The notes beneath the pieces were generated by a model, which saw only the letters and a program-made list of their open reading frames with translations, was not told where the DNA came from and did no database searches. A program made the translations under genes and the position numbers. Below are positions 47,492 to 59,784 of a stretch of 64,000 bases of DNA, piece after piece. Within the stretch, counting starts at the first letter, position 1, and every line of letters starts with the position of its first letter. Source of the DNA: Haliotis rubra (Eukaryota); contig NW_025765514.1 in assembly GCF_003918875.1 (NCBI RefSeq), positions 620,001-684,000 on the forward strand, written 5' to 3'.

Positions 47492-47835
47492 GACTGACTG
47501 AGTTTGGTTTTACGCCGCTTTTAGCAATATTCCAGCAACATCACGGCGGGGGGACACCAGAAATTGGCTTCACACATTTTACCCATGTGGGTCTACTTAT
47601 AAGACGTTAAACGATGGTACTTATTGTTAGACTCACCGGCGAGGCGGTGGGGTAGCCGGTATGTGGGGTAGCCTGTATGTGGGGTAGCCTAGAAGTTAAA
47701 GCTTCCACTCGTCACGCCGAAAACCCATGTTCATTACCCCACATGGGTACAATGTGTGAAGCCCATTTCTGGTGTTCCCCGCCGTGATATTGCTGGAATA
47801 TTGTTGAAAGCGGCGTAAAACTAAACTCTCTCACT
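47492..47835. mobile_element. Inverted pair of SINE family A copies (47492-47590 minus; 47643-47835 plus)
   Basis: Direct similarity; the plus copy has a triplicated GTGGGGTAGCC head segment. Confidence 0.8.
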
Positions 47836-48356
47836 TCAATTCCCGGTGCTCTGCATTAAGGTAGTAAAGTAAAGACTGAGGCTCAAGGCAGACTAGATTA
47901 ACACTTAGTCTCTGAATATATAATGATTTAAATAGTAACAAATAAACCCAATTTACTTGAAAAGGAACCCCAGTCAGATGGGAGATTCAGACCCGAACCT
48001 GAGGAAATCTAGACTCACATACACATACACACAGAGGCACGAACATGAACGCACGCACGAGCGCATTTCCAGTTCCACAAGGTATCAGGATACCATCAAA
48101 CGCCATTTCTTGAAAATCCAGCCGGGAATCATGGAGCAACAAAACGTCCAAGAATGAATGGATTTAAACAATATGTAAAGAACTAAGGGGATTACACGAA
48201 AAGGATTATTTAGATCACACAACCAGTATTCACTCCATTTCCTCATTTGCAGAGAGGCGTGTTTCCTCGTTCGTTACTGATTGGACAAGGTACACAGTGA
48301 TAAAGTGAACCTTCATGAACACAGATATATCTGTGCGTGTCTGTGTGTTCTGTTTG

Positions 48357-49812
48357 AGTCCCTCCTAGTCTGTCTCACAGTCCCTGAACCACATTATTTT
48401 CCCTACTCCTAGCCCTCCTAGTCTGTCTCACAGTCAGGGCCCTGAACCACATTATTTTCCCCACTGCCTAGCCCTCCTATTCTGTCTCACAGTCCCTGAA
48501 CCACATTATTTTCCCCACTGCCTGGCCCTCCTAGTCTGTCTCACAGTCCCTGAACCACATTATATTCCCTACTGCCTAGCCCTCCTAGTCTGTCTCACAG
48601 TGCCTGAGCCACATCATATTCCCTACTGCCTAGCCCTTCTAGTCTGTCTCACAGTGCCTGAACCACATTATATTCCCTACTGCCTAGCCCTCCTAGTCTG
48701 TCTCACAGTCCCTGAACCACATTTTATTCCCTACTGCCTTGCTCTCCTAGTCTGTCTCACAGTCCCTGAACCACATTATATTCCCTACTGCCTAGCCCTC
48801 CTAGTCTGTCTCACAGTGCCTGAACCACATTATATTCCCTACTGCCTAGCCCTCCTAGTCTGTCTCACAGTCCCTGAACCACATTATATTCCCTACTGCC
48901 TAGCCTTCCTAGTCTGTCTCACAGTCAGGGCCCTGAACCACATTATATTCCCTACTGCCCAGCTCTCCTAGTCTGTCTCACAGTCCCTGAACCACATTAT
49001 ATTCCCACTGCCTAGCCCTCCTAGTCTGTCTCACAGTCCCTGAACCACATTATATTTCCCTACTGCCTAGCCCTCCTAGTCTGTCTCACAGTCAGGGCCC
49101 TGAACCACATTATATTCCCTACTGCCTAGCCCTCCTAGTTTGTCTCACAGTCCCTGAACCACATTATATTCCCGACTGCCTAGCCCTCCTAGTCTGTCTC
49201 ACAGTCCCTGAACCACATTATATTCCCTACTGCCCAGCCCCCCTAGTCTGTCTCACAGTCAGGGCCCTGAACCATTTTTACTGCCTAGCCCTCCCACACT
49301 GCCTAGCCCCACTCCTAGTCTGTCTCACAGTCAGGGCCCTGAACCACATTATTTTCCCTACTGCCTAGCCCTCCTAGTCTGTCTCACAGTCCCTGAACCA
49401 CATTATTTTTCCCACTGCCTAGCCCTCCATATCCCTACATAATATTCCCTACGGCCCAGCCCTCCTAATCTGTCTCATAGTCCCTGAACCACTTATATTC
49501 CCTACTGCCTAGTCCTCCTAGTTTGTCTCACAGTCCTCCTAGTCTGTCTCACTGTCCCTGAACCACATTATATTCCCTACTGCCTAGCCCTCTTAATCTG
49601 TCTCACAGTCCCTGAACCACATTATATTCCCTACTGCCCAGCCCTCCTAGTCTGTCTCACAGTCCCTGAACCACATTCTATTCCCTACTGCCCAGCTCTC
49701 CTAGTCTGTCTCACAGTCCCTGAACCACATTACATGTATATTCCCTACTGCCTAGCTCTCCTAGTCTGTCTCACAGTCCCCGAACCACATTATATTCCCC
49801 ACTGCCTAGCTG
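48357..49812. repeat. 54-bp minisatellite (about 26 units)
   Basis: Unit CCCTCCTAGTCTGTCTCACAGTCCCTGAACCACATTATATTCCCTACTGCCTAG, with a recurrent variant carrying an extra CAGGG-type insert. Confidence 0.95.
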
Positions 49813-50671
49813 TCCCTGCAATGGCGAAGACCTAAAATAAAGTCCTGATTTAGCCATGTTCCCCAATGCAGATGTTATTAGATGTTATTACTCCCAACTC
49901 CCCTTTTAAACTTAAATGGGTTTTTATTGTTACTATATACTAGTATTCAGGGACTAACCGTTAGTCTATGTCTCTCCCTGTATTATTCCCTGTAAACTCC
50001 ATCGCCACAACCCTCTCTCCTGGCAAAGCATCAGTTCCACTTAAGTACTCTCACTACTGCCATGGAAAATGAATTACCACTTTGTAAAAAGAAAAAACCC
50101 GTCGGTTTGTTGGTGCCTTAGGAAATAGATTAACTTTGCCATGGTAACCACGTAACATATATTTTCTCTTTCGACATGTGAGGAAAAGCACTTGATGTTC
50201 GTGAACATTAGTTGTGAACCAACACTCGCAGATACTTTTCCTTCTCCATTTAGGTACCATTAGGCGCGGATATCCATGTCGACGGTTATTTCTTTCACAG
50301 CCACGTCTTCCCAATCACCTGCCTAGGCGTTCGTCATGGAGACTAGATGCGTTTCCTCGTTTAATGAATGGCTGTCGGGTCAGAGCGTCTTGTACTTTGA
50401 AATAATTATACCAGTCTAAACCGTACATCGCAGTAATTGGAACGGTTGCTGGAAATGTTGACAGTATTGGCATGTGTAAAGATCCTTATATAGATTTTTT
50501 GTTTGTTGTTGTCTATTGACTTATTCTGCCTTGCCGACAGTGAAACATGTTGTAAAGCAAGCGCCTCCGTCAGCACATGTTCATATTGAGCCGCGCCGCA
50601 TTAACTGGGTACCCGGTAGGATTGGATAGCAACCTATACAAATACTGTTTGTATATTGTCCATGGGGTGAT

Positions 50672-50829
50672 TGGGTGTGGTTTTACGCCGCTTTTAGCAA
50701 TATTCCAGTTATATCACGGCGGGGACATTGGGTACAATGTGTAAAGCCCATTTCTGGTGTTCCCCGCCGTGATGTTGCTGGAATATTGCTAAAAGCGGCG
50801 TAAAACCAAACTCAGTCAGTCAGTCAGTC
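50672..50829. mobile_element. Fused inverted SINE family A 3' halves (fold-back)
   Basis: GGTTTTACGCCGCTTTTAGCAATATTCCAG..CACGGCGGGGA joined to TCCCCGCCGTG..CTGGAATATTGCTAAAAGCGGCGTAAAACC. Confidence 0.8.
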
Positions 50830-50831
50830 CA

Positions 50832-50995
50832 AACCAAACATTAGTCCTGACGTATCCAAACAATATTCACGACGTATCAAAACCAAACAATATTCGTGAC
50901 GTATCCAGACAGTATTCATGACGTATGCAAACCAAACAATATTCACGACGTATCCAAACACTATTCAGGACGTATCTGAACAATATTCATGATGT
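50832..50995. repeat. Short degenerate tandem repeat (AAACAATATTCAYGACGTATCC-like)
   Basis: About 6-7 units of 22-27 bp. Confidence 0.75.
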
Positions 50996-51013
50996 TTTCA
51001 AATAATAATCATA

Positions 51014-52502
51014 CATACAACTATATGGACGGCATACAACTACATGGACGGAATACAACTACATGGACGGCATACAACTACATGCACGGTATACAACTAC
51101 ATGGACGGTATACATGGACGGTATACAGCTACATGGACGATACACAGCTACATGGACGGCATACAACTACATGCACGGTATACAACTACATGGACGGTAT
51201 ACATGGACGGTATACAACTACATGGACGGTATACAACTACATGGACGGTATACATGGACGGTATACAACTACATGGACGATACACAGCTACATGGACGGT
51301 ATACAACTACATGGACGGTATACAACTACATGGACGGTATACAACTACATGGACGGTATACAACTACATGGACGGTATACAACTACATGGACGGTATACA
51401 TGGACGGTATACAACTACATGGACGATACACAGCTACATGGACGGTATACAACTACATGGACGGTATACAACTACATGGACGGCATACAACTACATGGAC
51501 GGCATACAACTACATGGACGGTATACAACTACATGGACGGTATACAACTACATGGACGGTATACAACTACATGAACGGTATACGGCTACATCGACGGTAC
51601 ACAACTACATGGACGGTATACAACTACATGGAAGGTATACAACTACATGGACGGTATGCAACTACATGGACGGTATACATGGACGGTATACAACTACATG
51701 GGCGGTATATAGAACTACATGGACGGTACACATGGATGGTATACAATTACATGGACGGTATCCGGCTACGTGGGCGGTATACATGGACGGCATACAACTT
51801 TATCAAGCTTTTATGGTTGTGTGAAGCCACAGTGGTTTAGCAAACATATTATTGACTTCAGACTTCAAACGCTCATCTTTTCGTCTATTCGTTGTTTCAA
51901 AATAGCGACTGTCTTGGACGGTATACAACTACATGGACGGTATACAACTACATGGACGGTATACAACTACATGGACGGTATACAACTACATGGACGGTAT
52001 ACATGGACGGTATACAACTACATGGACGATACACAGCTACATGGACGGTATACAACTACATGGACGGTATACAACTACATGGACGGCATACAACTACATG
52101 GACGGTATACAACTACATGGACGGTATACAACTACATGGACGGTATACAACTACATGAACGGTATACGGCTACATCGACGGTACACAACTACATGGACGG
52201 TATACAACTACATGGAAGGTATACAACTACATGGACGGTATGCAACTACATGGACGGTATACATGGACGGTATACAACTACATGGGCGGTATATAGTACT
52301 ACATGGACGGTACACATGGATGGTATACAATTACATGGACGGTATCTGGCTACGTGGGCGGTATACATGGACGGCATACAACTTTATCAAGCTTTTATGG
52401 TTGTGTGAAGCCACAGTGGTTTAGCAAACATATTATTGACTTCAGACATCAAACCCTCATCTTCTCGTCTATTCGTTGTTTCAAAATAGCAACTGTCTTG
52501 GA
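51014..52502. repeat. 19-bp minisatellite in two blocks produced by a 584-bp duplication
   Basis: Unit CATGGACGGTATACAACTA (13-bp variant lacking ACTACA); the unique flank ..TTTATCAAGC..GTCTTGGA recurs with period 584 (51918 vs 52502). Confidence 0.95.
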
Positions 52503-53016
52503 GTATTCTCTTTGAACTCTCTTTATCTCAACAACGTGGAACAAACCGGTCCTGCTTCTGTAGTGTCACACAGACTCACGACGGTCGTACGTAGCACTAA
52601 GCTGGCTTGGTGGAACTGTACACTGGTGAGTTGGATCATGTTCAACATTGGAGTGCAAAAGTGCTTCAGATCATGCACTTCTTGGTGGCTTTACTTCAAG
52701 ACATTTTGATTGGTCTGCTGTTTTTGCAGACTGACCTTTCATTTATGTGGAGGTTTAGGTCGGCGAAATGCCACAAGCTTTCAAGGATCTTTGATGAAGA
52801 TCGTTTATTCTCTGATTGCACAACGTGTTAGCAGACTTGACGAGAAAATAAATACTAGGCGGATTACATTTAGGACATGATAGGGAAGCATGACACAATG
52901 CTTCATCCAATGGCGGGCCTCACTTACATAGAAAGGCACCTTGATGAACAAACAGGAAATTATGTACAACATGAACATTTTATCGTTGTTAGATGTGATT
53001 GCATGTGAGCCACTAT

Positions 53017-53250
53017 CTACGGAAAATCTGGGTTAGAATTGGTCTTCAGTAACCCATGCTTGCAAGATCCGACTGATGGGATTGGGTGGTCAGGCTCGCT
53101 AACTTGATTGACACGTCATCGTATCCGTAGATCGATGCTCATGCTGTTGACTACCGGGTTGTGTGGTCCTGACTCGATTATTTAGTGACCGCCGCCATAT
53201 CTATAGGTGGGATATTGCTGAGTGCGGCGGTAAACAATAACAAACAAACC
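53017..53250 (+). mobile_element. Retroposon family C, degenerate
   Basis: GGGTTAGAATTGGTCTTCAGTAACCCATGCTTG...GATATTGCTGAGTGCGGCGG and (AAAC)n tail. Confidence 0.8.
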
Positions 53251-53259
53251 TTTTAAATA

Positions 53260-53715
53260 CAGTCGAACCCCGTTTATCCGGACATTTTGGTTACACTCAG
53301 AAATCGTCCGGATAGAGATGCGTCCGGTTAACTGGATCAAACAAGCAAAACGTTTTGTCGATGTATATTGAAAATTTATTCATGTACATGTATATATATA
53401 TATATCAATAAATCAATAGTTAATAGTAAAAACAATTAATCATAACATATACATAAGAGATCGTAAATCTCACATTACATCTTACTTCACTTCACTCAGT
53501 ATCTTGACATTTCCCATGAAGCACATTTATTTCTTTAAAAAGTCTGTCATTGATGTTTGTTTCGTTGGTTTGATTTCATCCAGTTTTTTAACCAAGTCCA
53601 TCACGAGATTCACAGATCCTTCGTCGCCATTACATTCGTAGAATGTCACCAACCTGTTGGCGTTTTGAAGAGCTTCTGATACTGTTGGCGGGACAACTGC
53701 TGGTTGGTCCTCGTA
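53260..53715 (-). mobile_element. pogo/Tigger transposon 3' end with transposase C-terminus
   Basis: TA|CAGTCGAACCCCGTTTATCCGGAC terminus; ..PPTVSEALQNANRLVTFYE..KQTSMTDFLKK* (stop at 53527) is typical of Tigger C-termini. Confidence 0.8.
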
Positions 53716-54711
53716 TACGCACCAAACGATAGAAAGGTTACAATAAACTGGCGAGAAGCTCCCAATTATAGCCTCCTTAGCAAATCGATGTCTGTTCAGG
53801 AAATCCATCACTCTGGCTCCCAAACAACAAACCATTCTACGACGCCGTAGGACGTACGTCTCCTGTTTACGCACATCTAAGTTTTACAAGATTTGGTAGA
53901 CTATCGCTTAGTTTCATAAAATGACTAATTTTGATAGAAATAAGTAACTTCATTTACATTGAAATGGAGCCCCGCTTGAGCCTGAGAAAAATCTAGAGTT
54001 GCTTCATTTAGGCCTTTTTTTATTGCAGAAAGGACTGGGTGGTTGGGGAAGTAATGTGGTTCAGGGACTGTGAGACAGACTAACAACTTGACATTGAGCA
54101 GATAAGGCTGCGGGTTACCGTTAGGCCTTACCACCAATCTCATGAATCACTACCAAGCATGTGACAATACAGAGTTAGGTTATGCCAGTGTCATAGGCAG
54201 TATTGTCATGGAGAAATCAGTTGAATCTTCCGATACCGGAAGCTGTATACGGACGACAGATTCGAAATAACGTCAATGCTAGAAACTAGGGCCATCATCT
54301 TGTTGTGCCTGAGAAGCAAGTATGGTGATTTCTTCCCCGTGGAAAACACCCCGTTCAATGGCCACGGGGCAGAGACAGCTGACCTTAACATCATCAATAT
54401 CATCAACCTCCAAAACTGCCATGTTGTCACGTTACAGAGGACAAAGGTTTCGATTTTGCCAGCGGTAGACGCTCCAGCTACGATCCCGGACACAATGAAT
54501 CCTTTGCTACTGGTGATATACAGATAGTGGACTGACTCTTGGTGGTGTCAGCATGGAGTCTGTTTAGTCTGTATAAGAATTCAGTTCCGTTTCATATTGA
54601 ACAGAGATTTGCTGTGTCACACCGGGCGAAAACAGCGATGAAGAACGTGGTAATAACATAATGCTGTTGGCAATAGTGACCATCTGTTGCTCGTGAAAGC
54701 TTTCTGGCAGC

Positions 54712-57700
54712 GATAGCCATGATATAACTGTTGTAACGTTTCTGACAATGATAGCCATGATATAGCTGCTATAACGTTTCTGACAATGATAGCTGTTGTA
54801 ATGTTTCTGACAATGAAGGACATGATATAGTTGCTGTAATGTTTCTGACAATGAAGGACATGGTGTAGTTGCTGTAATGTTTCTGACAATGAAGGTCATG
54901 ATATAGTTGCTGTAATGTTTCTGACAATGAAGGACATGATATAGTTGCTGTAATGTTTCTGACAATGAAGGCCATGATATAGTTGCTGTAATGTTTCTGA
55001 CAATGAAGCCATGATATAGTTGCTGTAATGTTTCTGACAATGAAGGCCATGGTATAGTTGCTGTAATGTTTCTGACAATGATAGCTGTTGTAATGTTTCT
55101 GACAATGAAGGCCATGATATAGTTGTTGTAATGTTTCTGACAATGAAGGCCATGATATAGTTGTTGTAATGTTTCTGACAATGAAGGCCATGATATAGTT
55201 GTTGTAATGTTTCTGACAATGAAGGCCATGATATAGTTGCTGTAATGTTTCTGACAATGAAGGCCATGATATAGTTGCTGTAATGTTTCTGACAATGAAG
55301 GCCATGATATAGTTGCTGTAATGTTTCTGACAATGAAGGACATGATATAGCTGTTGTAATGTTTCTGACAATGAAAGCCATGATATAGTTGTTGTAATGT
55401 TTCTGACAATGATAGACATGGTGTAGTTGCTGTAATGTTTCTGACAATGAAGGACATGGTATAGTTGCTGTAATGTTTCTGACAATGAAGGCCATGGTGT
55501 AGTTGCTGTAATGTTTCTGACAATGAAGGCCATGATATAGTTGCTGTAATGTTTCTGACAATGAAGGCCATGATATAGTTGCTGTAATGTTTCTGACAAT
55601 GAAGGCCATGATATAGTTGTTGTAATGTTTCTGACAATGAAGGCCATGATATAGTTGCTGTAATGTTTCTGACAATGAAGGCCATGATATAGTTGCTGTA
55701 ATGTTTCTGACAATGAAGTTGCCATGATATGCTGTTGTAATGTTTCTGACAATGAAGGCCATGATATAGTTGCTGTAATGTTTCTGACAATGAAGGCCAT
55801 GATATAGTTGTTGTAATGTTTCTGACAATGAAGGCCATGATATAGTTGTTGTAATGTTTCTGACAATGAAGGTCATGATATAGTTGTTGTAATGTTTCTG
55901 ACAATGAAGGTCCTGATATAGTTGTTGTAATGTTTCTGACAATGAAGGCCATGATATAGTTGTTGTAATGTTTCTGACAATGAAGGTCATGATATAGTTG
56001 TTGTAATGTTTCTGACAATGAAGGCCATGATATAGTTGCTGTAATGTTTCTGACAATGAAGGCCATGATATAGTTGTTGTAATGTTTCTGACAATGAAGG
56101 CCATGATATAGTTGTTGTAATGTTTCTGACAATGAAGGCCATGATATAGTTGTTGTAATGTTTCTGACAATGAAGTCATGATATAGTTGCTGTAATGTTT
56201 CTGACAATGAAGGTCATGATATAGTTGCTGTAATGTTTCTGACAATGAAGGCCATGATATAGTTGTTGTAATGTTTCTGACAATGAAGGTCCTGATATAG
56301 TTGCTGTAATGTTTCTGACAATGAAGGCCATGATATAGTTGCTGTAATGTTTCTGACAATGAAGGCCATGATATAGTTGCTGTAATGTTTCTGACAATGA
56401 AGGTCAGGTGATATAGTTGCTGTAATGTTTCTTGAGAAATGAAGGACGACATGCATGTTGTAATGTGTATGTGACAATGAACTAGCCCAGACTGAAGCTG
56501 GCTTTATAGTGCTGCCCACTGAGATACCATACCGCAGTGAAGCATGAATACCCCCACTCATACACATTATACTGACTCGACATGACCAGTCCTTGTTGTA
56601 CCCATTAATGCCGAGCGCCAGGCAGGACCAACAAGTACCATATTTTAACGTTTTTGACAATGAAGGTCGGGGATCGAGTTGCTGTAACCTTCCGCTGACG
56701 GGCGGAAGGTCCTGATACACCACTGGAATGTTTCTGACAATGAAGGTCCTGATATAGCTGTTGTAATGTTTCTGACAATGAAGGCTATGGTGTAGTTGTT
56801 GTAATGTTTCTGACAATGAAGGTCATGATATAGTTGTCGTAATGTTTCTGACAATGAAGGACATGATATAGTTGTTGTAATGTTTCTGACAATGAAGGTC
56901 ATGATATAGTTGTTGTAATGTTTCTGACAATGAAGGTCATGATATAGTTGTTGTAATGTTTCTGACAATGAAGGCCATGCTATAGTTGTTGTAATGTTTC
57001 TGACAATGAAGGTCATGATATAGTTGTTGTAATGTTTCTGACAATGAAGGTCATGATATAGTTGTTGTAATGTTTCTGACAATGAAGGTCATGATATAGT
57101 TGTTGTAATGTTTCTGACAATGAAGGTCATGATATAGTTGCTGTAATGTTTCTGACAATGAAGGCCATGATATAGTTGCTGTAATGTTTCTGACAATGAA
57201 GGCCATGATATAGTTGCTGTAATGTTTCTGACAATGAAGGTCCATGATATAGTTGCTGTAATGTTTCTGACAATGAAGGTCCTGATATAGTTGTTGTAAT
57301 GTTTCTGACAATGAAGGTCATGATATAGTTGCTGTAATGTTTCTGACAATGAAGGCCATGATATAGTTGCTGTAATGTTTCTGACAATGAAGGCCATGAT
57401 ATAGTTGCTGTAATGTTTCTGACAATGAAGGTCATGATATAGTTGCTGTAATGTTTCTGACAATGAAGGCCATGATATAGTTGTTGTAATGTTTCTGACA
57501 ATGAAGGTCATGATATAGTTGCTGTAATGTTTCTGACAATGAAGGTCATGATATAGTTGCTGTAATGTTTCTGACAATGAAGGCCATGATATAGTTGCTG
57601 TAATGTTTCTGACAATGAAGGACATGATATAGTTGTTGTAATGTTTCTGACAATGAAGGTCCTGATATAGTTGCTGTAATGTTTCTGACAATGAAGGTCC

Positions 57701-58060
57701 TGATATAGTTGTTGTAATGTTTCTGACAATGAAGGTCCTGATATAGTTGTTGTAATGTTTCTGACAATGAAGGTCCTGATATAGTTGTTGTAATGTTTCT
57801 GACAATGAAGGTCCTGATATAGTTGCTGTAATGTTTCTGACAATGAAGGTCCTGATATAGTTGCTGTAATGTTTCTGACAATGAAGGTCCTGATATAGTT
57901 GCTGTAATGTTTCTGACAATGAAGGTCCTGATATAGTTGCTGTAATGTTTCTGACAATGAAGGCCATGATATAGTTGTTGTCATGTTTCTGACAATGAAG
58001 GTCATGATATAGTTGTAATGTTTCTGACAATGATAGCCATGCTAGCTGCTGTAGTGTTTC
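54712..58060. repeat. 38-bp satellite/minisatellite array (about 80 units) interrupted by a SINE B relic
   Basis: Unit TGATATAGTTG(C/T)TGTAATGTTTCTGACAATGAAGG(CCA/TCA/ACA/TCC). Confidence 0.97.
56430..56727 (-). mobile_element. SINE family B copy interdigitated with satellite sequence
   Basis: CTAGCCCAGAC..GAGATACCAT-CCGCAGTGAAGCATGAATACCCCACTCA..GTACCCATTAATGCCGAGCGCCAGGCAGG matches family B; both ends are mosaics with satellite words. Confidence 0.8.
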
Positions 58061-58807
58061 CGAGTAAGGAAAGGTCAATGGCCTGAAAAACACACACACT
58101 CTTTCTGCAGAAGAAGCACCAATGAAAAATGATAACCACATTCTTCACCCTCACAACCCAAACGTTTAAAACCGTTGCCGGGCAACCATTAGTTAATTTT
58201 TCTCTCGGGTTCACTTAACGGGTTAATTTTCTCAAAACTGTGGTTAATCACATTCTGCGGTAACCGTTTTCGAATATGAAACATATGTTTAGAATTACGA
58301 AACAGTAATGAAAAGGACAATAGCAACATACACCTCATACTCCTAATAGATGGTATACGATACCGCCATTTCCTACATCATTATAACCAGCGCTATGTGA
58401 AAGCCGTTGTTAAGCGTCATATGCCGTTTGAACCTGCGGTGCGGTATTCATCGGCAGCATTAACGTGATTCCGAACCATTCGGCTGTGTAGAAGCAACAC
58501 CTGCGTTTCTCTGTTATCTCCCGGAAGGATTCGTCGGGGCTAATGAAGTCTCATCTGAGGAGAGTTCGTTGTACAACTTCGTGCTTTCATTCCTTCATCA
58601 GTGTGGCGATCAGAAGACTTCCGTTTGGTCATGTTTGTACAGGGCTGCGGGGATAATCCCTACCTGGATGTTAGCCTTCATTGGTGTACCCGGATGACGG
58701 ACTTCCGGTCAGCTGGTTTCAGAACGATGACCCTTACTTACTTTCCACAGACAAAGATTTCGTCTATAAAGATTTAAGAACACAGTATGCAGTATTTTGT
58801 TTATATT

Positions 58808-59107
58808 AGGGACCGTTCATAATTTATGGCTAGATGGGTGATGATGATTTTAAGGGGGGGTCACCCATTTTGTTCTGGGGAGGTAGGGGGTCATCAATTG
58901 TGTACATATATTTCAAGGGGGTCAGCAATTTTGTACATAAAAGTTATGCTTTAGAAATATAGAAGGGGTGAGGGGTAATTGATTTTGTACATGTCATGCA
59001 GGGGGAGTCACTTACTTTGTACATACATTCTAGGGGGCATTAACATTGTACATGCTTCTCAAAAAACATCTTCATCACCCCCTAGCCATAAATTATGAAC
59101 GGTCCCT
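58808..59107. mobile_element. MITE, same family as 5102-5449
   Basis: TIRs AGGGACCGTTCATAATTTATGGCTAG / CTAGCCATAAATTATGAACGGTCCCT. Confidence 0.85.
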
Positions 59108-59784
59108 TGGGATTTACTTGTGTGTTAGATACCCCTTCTTTAACACCGTTTCACACTCCCTTCAGTACATGAGCCTCTAAACCATATGTTTCACATCAAC
59201 GGCATTCTGTAGGTTCATTCTCAATACGATGTATCTGGTAACCCCATAATCCCACAGATATTGCCATTAATTGAGCCGTGGCATTGATCTCCCTGGAAAG
59301 CCGGTTATCTGTTACAGGTCGCCAATGTCGACGATGTTGTTCGCCAGGAACCAGAGTTGATGTCAATGGTTACGGGAGGCTCAGCATTAAGCCATCTGTA
59401 TCTCTGGGGACAAAGAGGCAAGCAGAGGTGGGGACAGACGCGCTAATGAGACTAATGACATGCTTTTAGAAGCTGGCACTGTCGGAGATGGACTAACGTC
59501 CTGTGAGCCTCTCCGAGATTAATGAGGATGAAGAGGGGAGCCGGCCAGTGGAGGCGGTTGGGGAAAGCACTCGGAGTAAAGAGAGTCTTTGGTGACAGGG
59601 TAATGGAATCGATGCCATCAAATTGCAGTAACAGCATATCTGTTCTGTCGTGACCAAATTATCCCCATCTCGTGTTATCACTTTGGTCTGACAATGTCTG
59701 CTTCGTTCGCTATACAAAAGATCTGGTTGCCAGTTATCAGTTTCATCGTGTTTCCCTTGCAGATATACAACTGCCTTGCATGTA

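Noticed and set aside
48357-49812. CRISPR-like array (this and the other regular arrays)
   Set aside because: Units are contiguous with no unique spacers, there are no cas genes, and the context is eukaryotic.
50989-52424. MDGIQLHGRYTTTWTVYNY-repeat ORFs
   Set aside because: Products of the 19-bp minisatellite, open in all three frames.
54206-54527. Short ORFs on both strands left of the 38-bp array
   Set aside because: No recognisable domain and no consistent splice phases.
54564-58141. Long minus-strand ORFs of 350-547 aa as protein-coding genes
   Set aside because: They are overlapping translations of a 38-bp tandem repeat in all frames, with no splice structure or domain.
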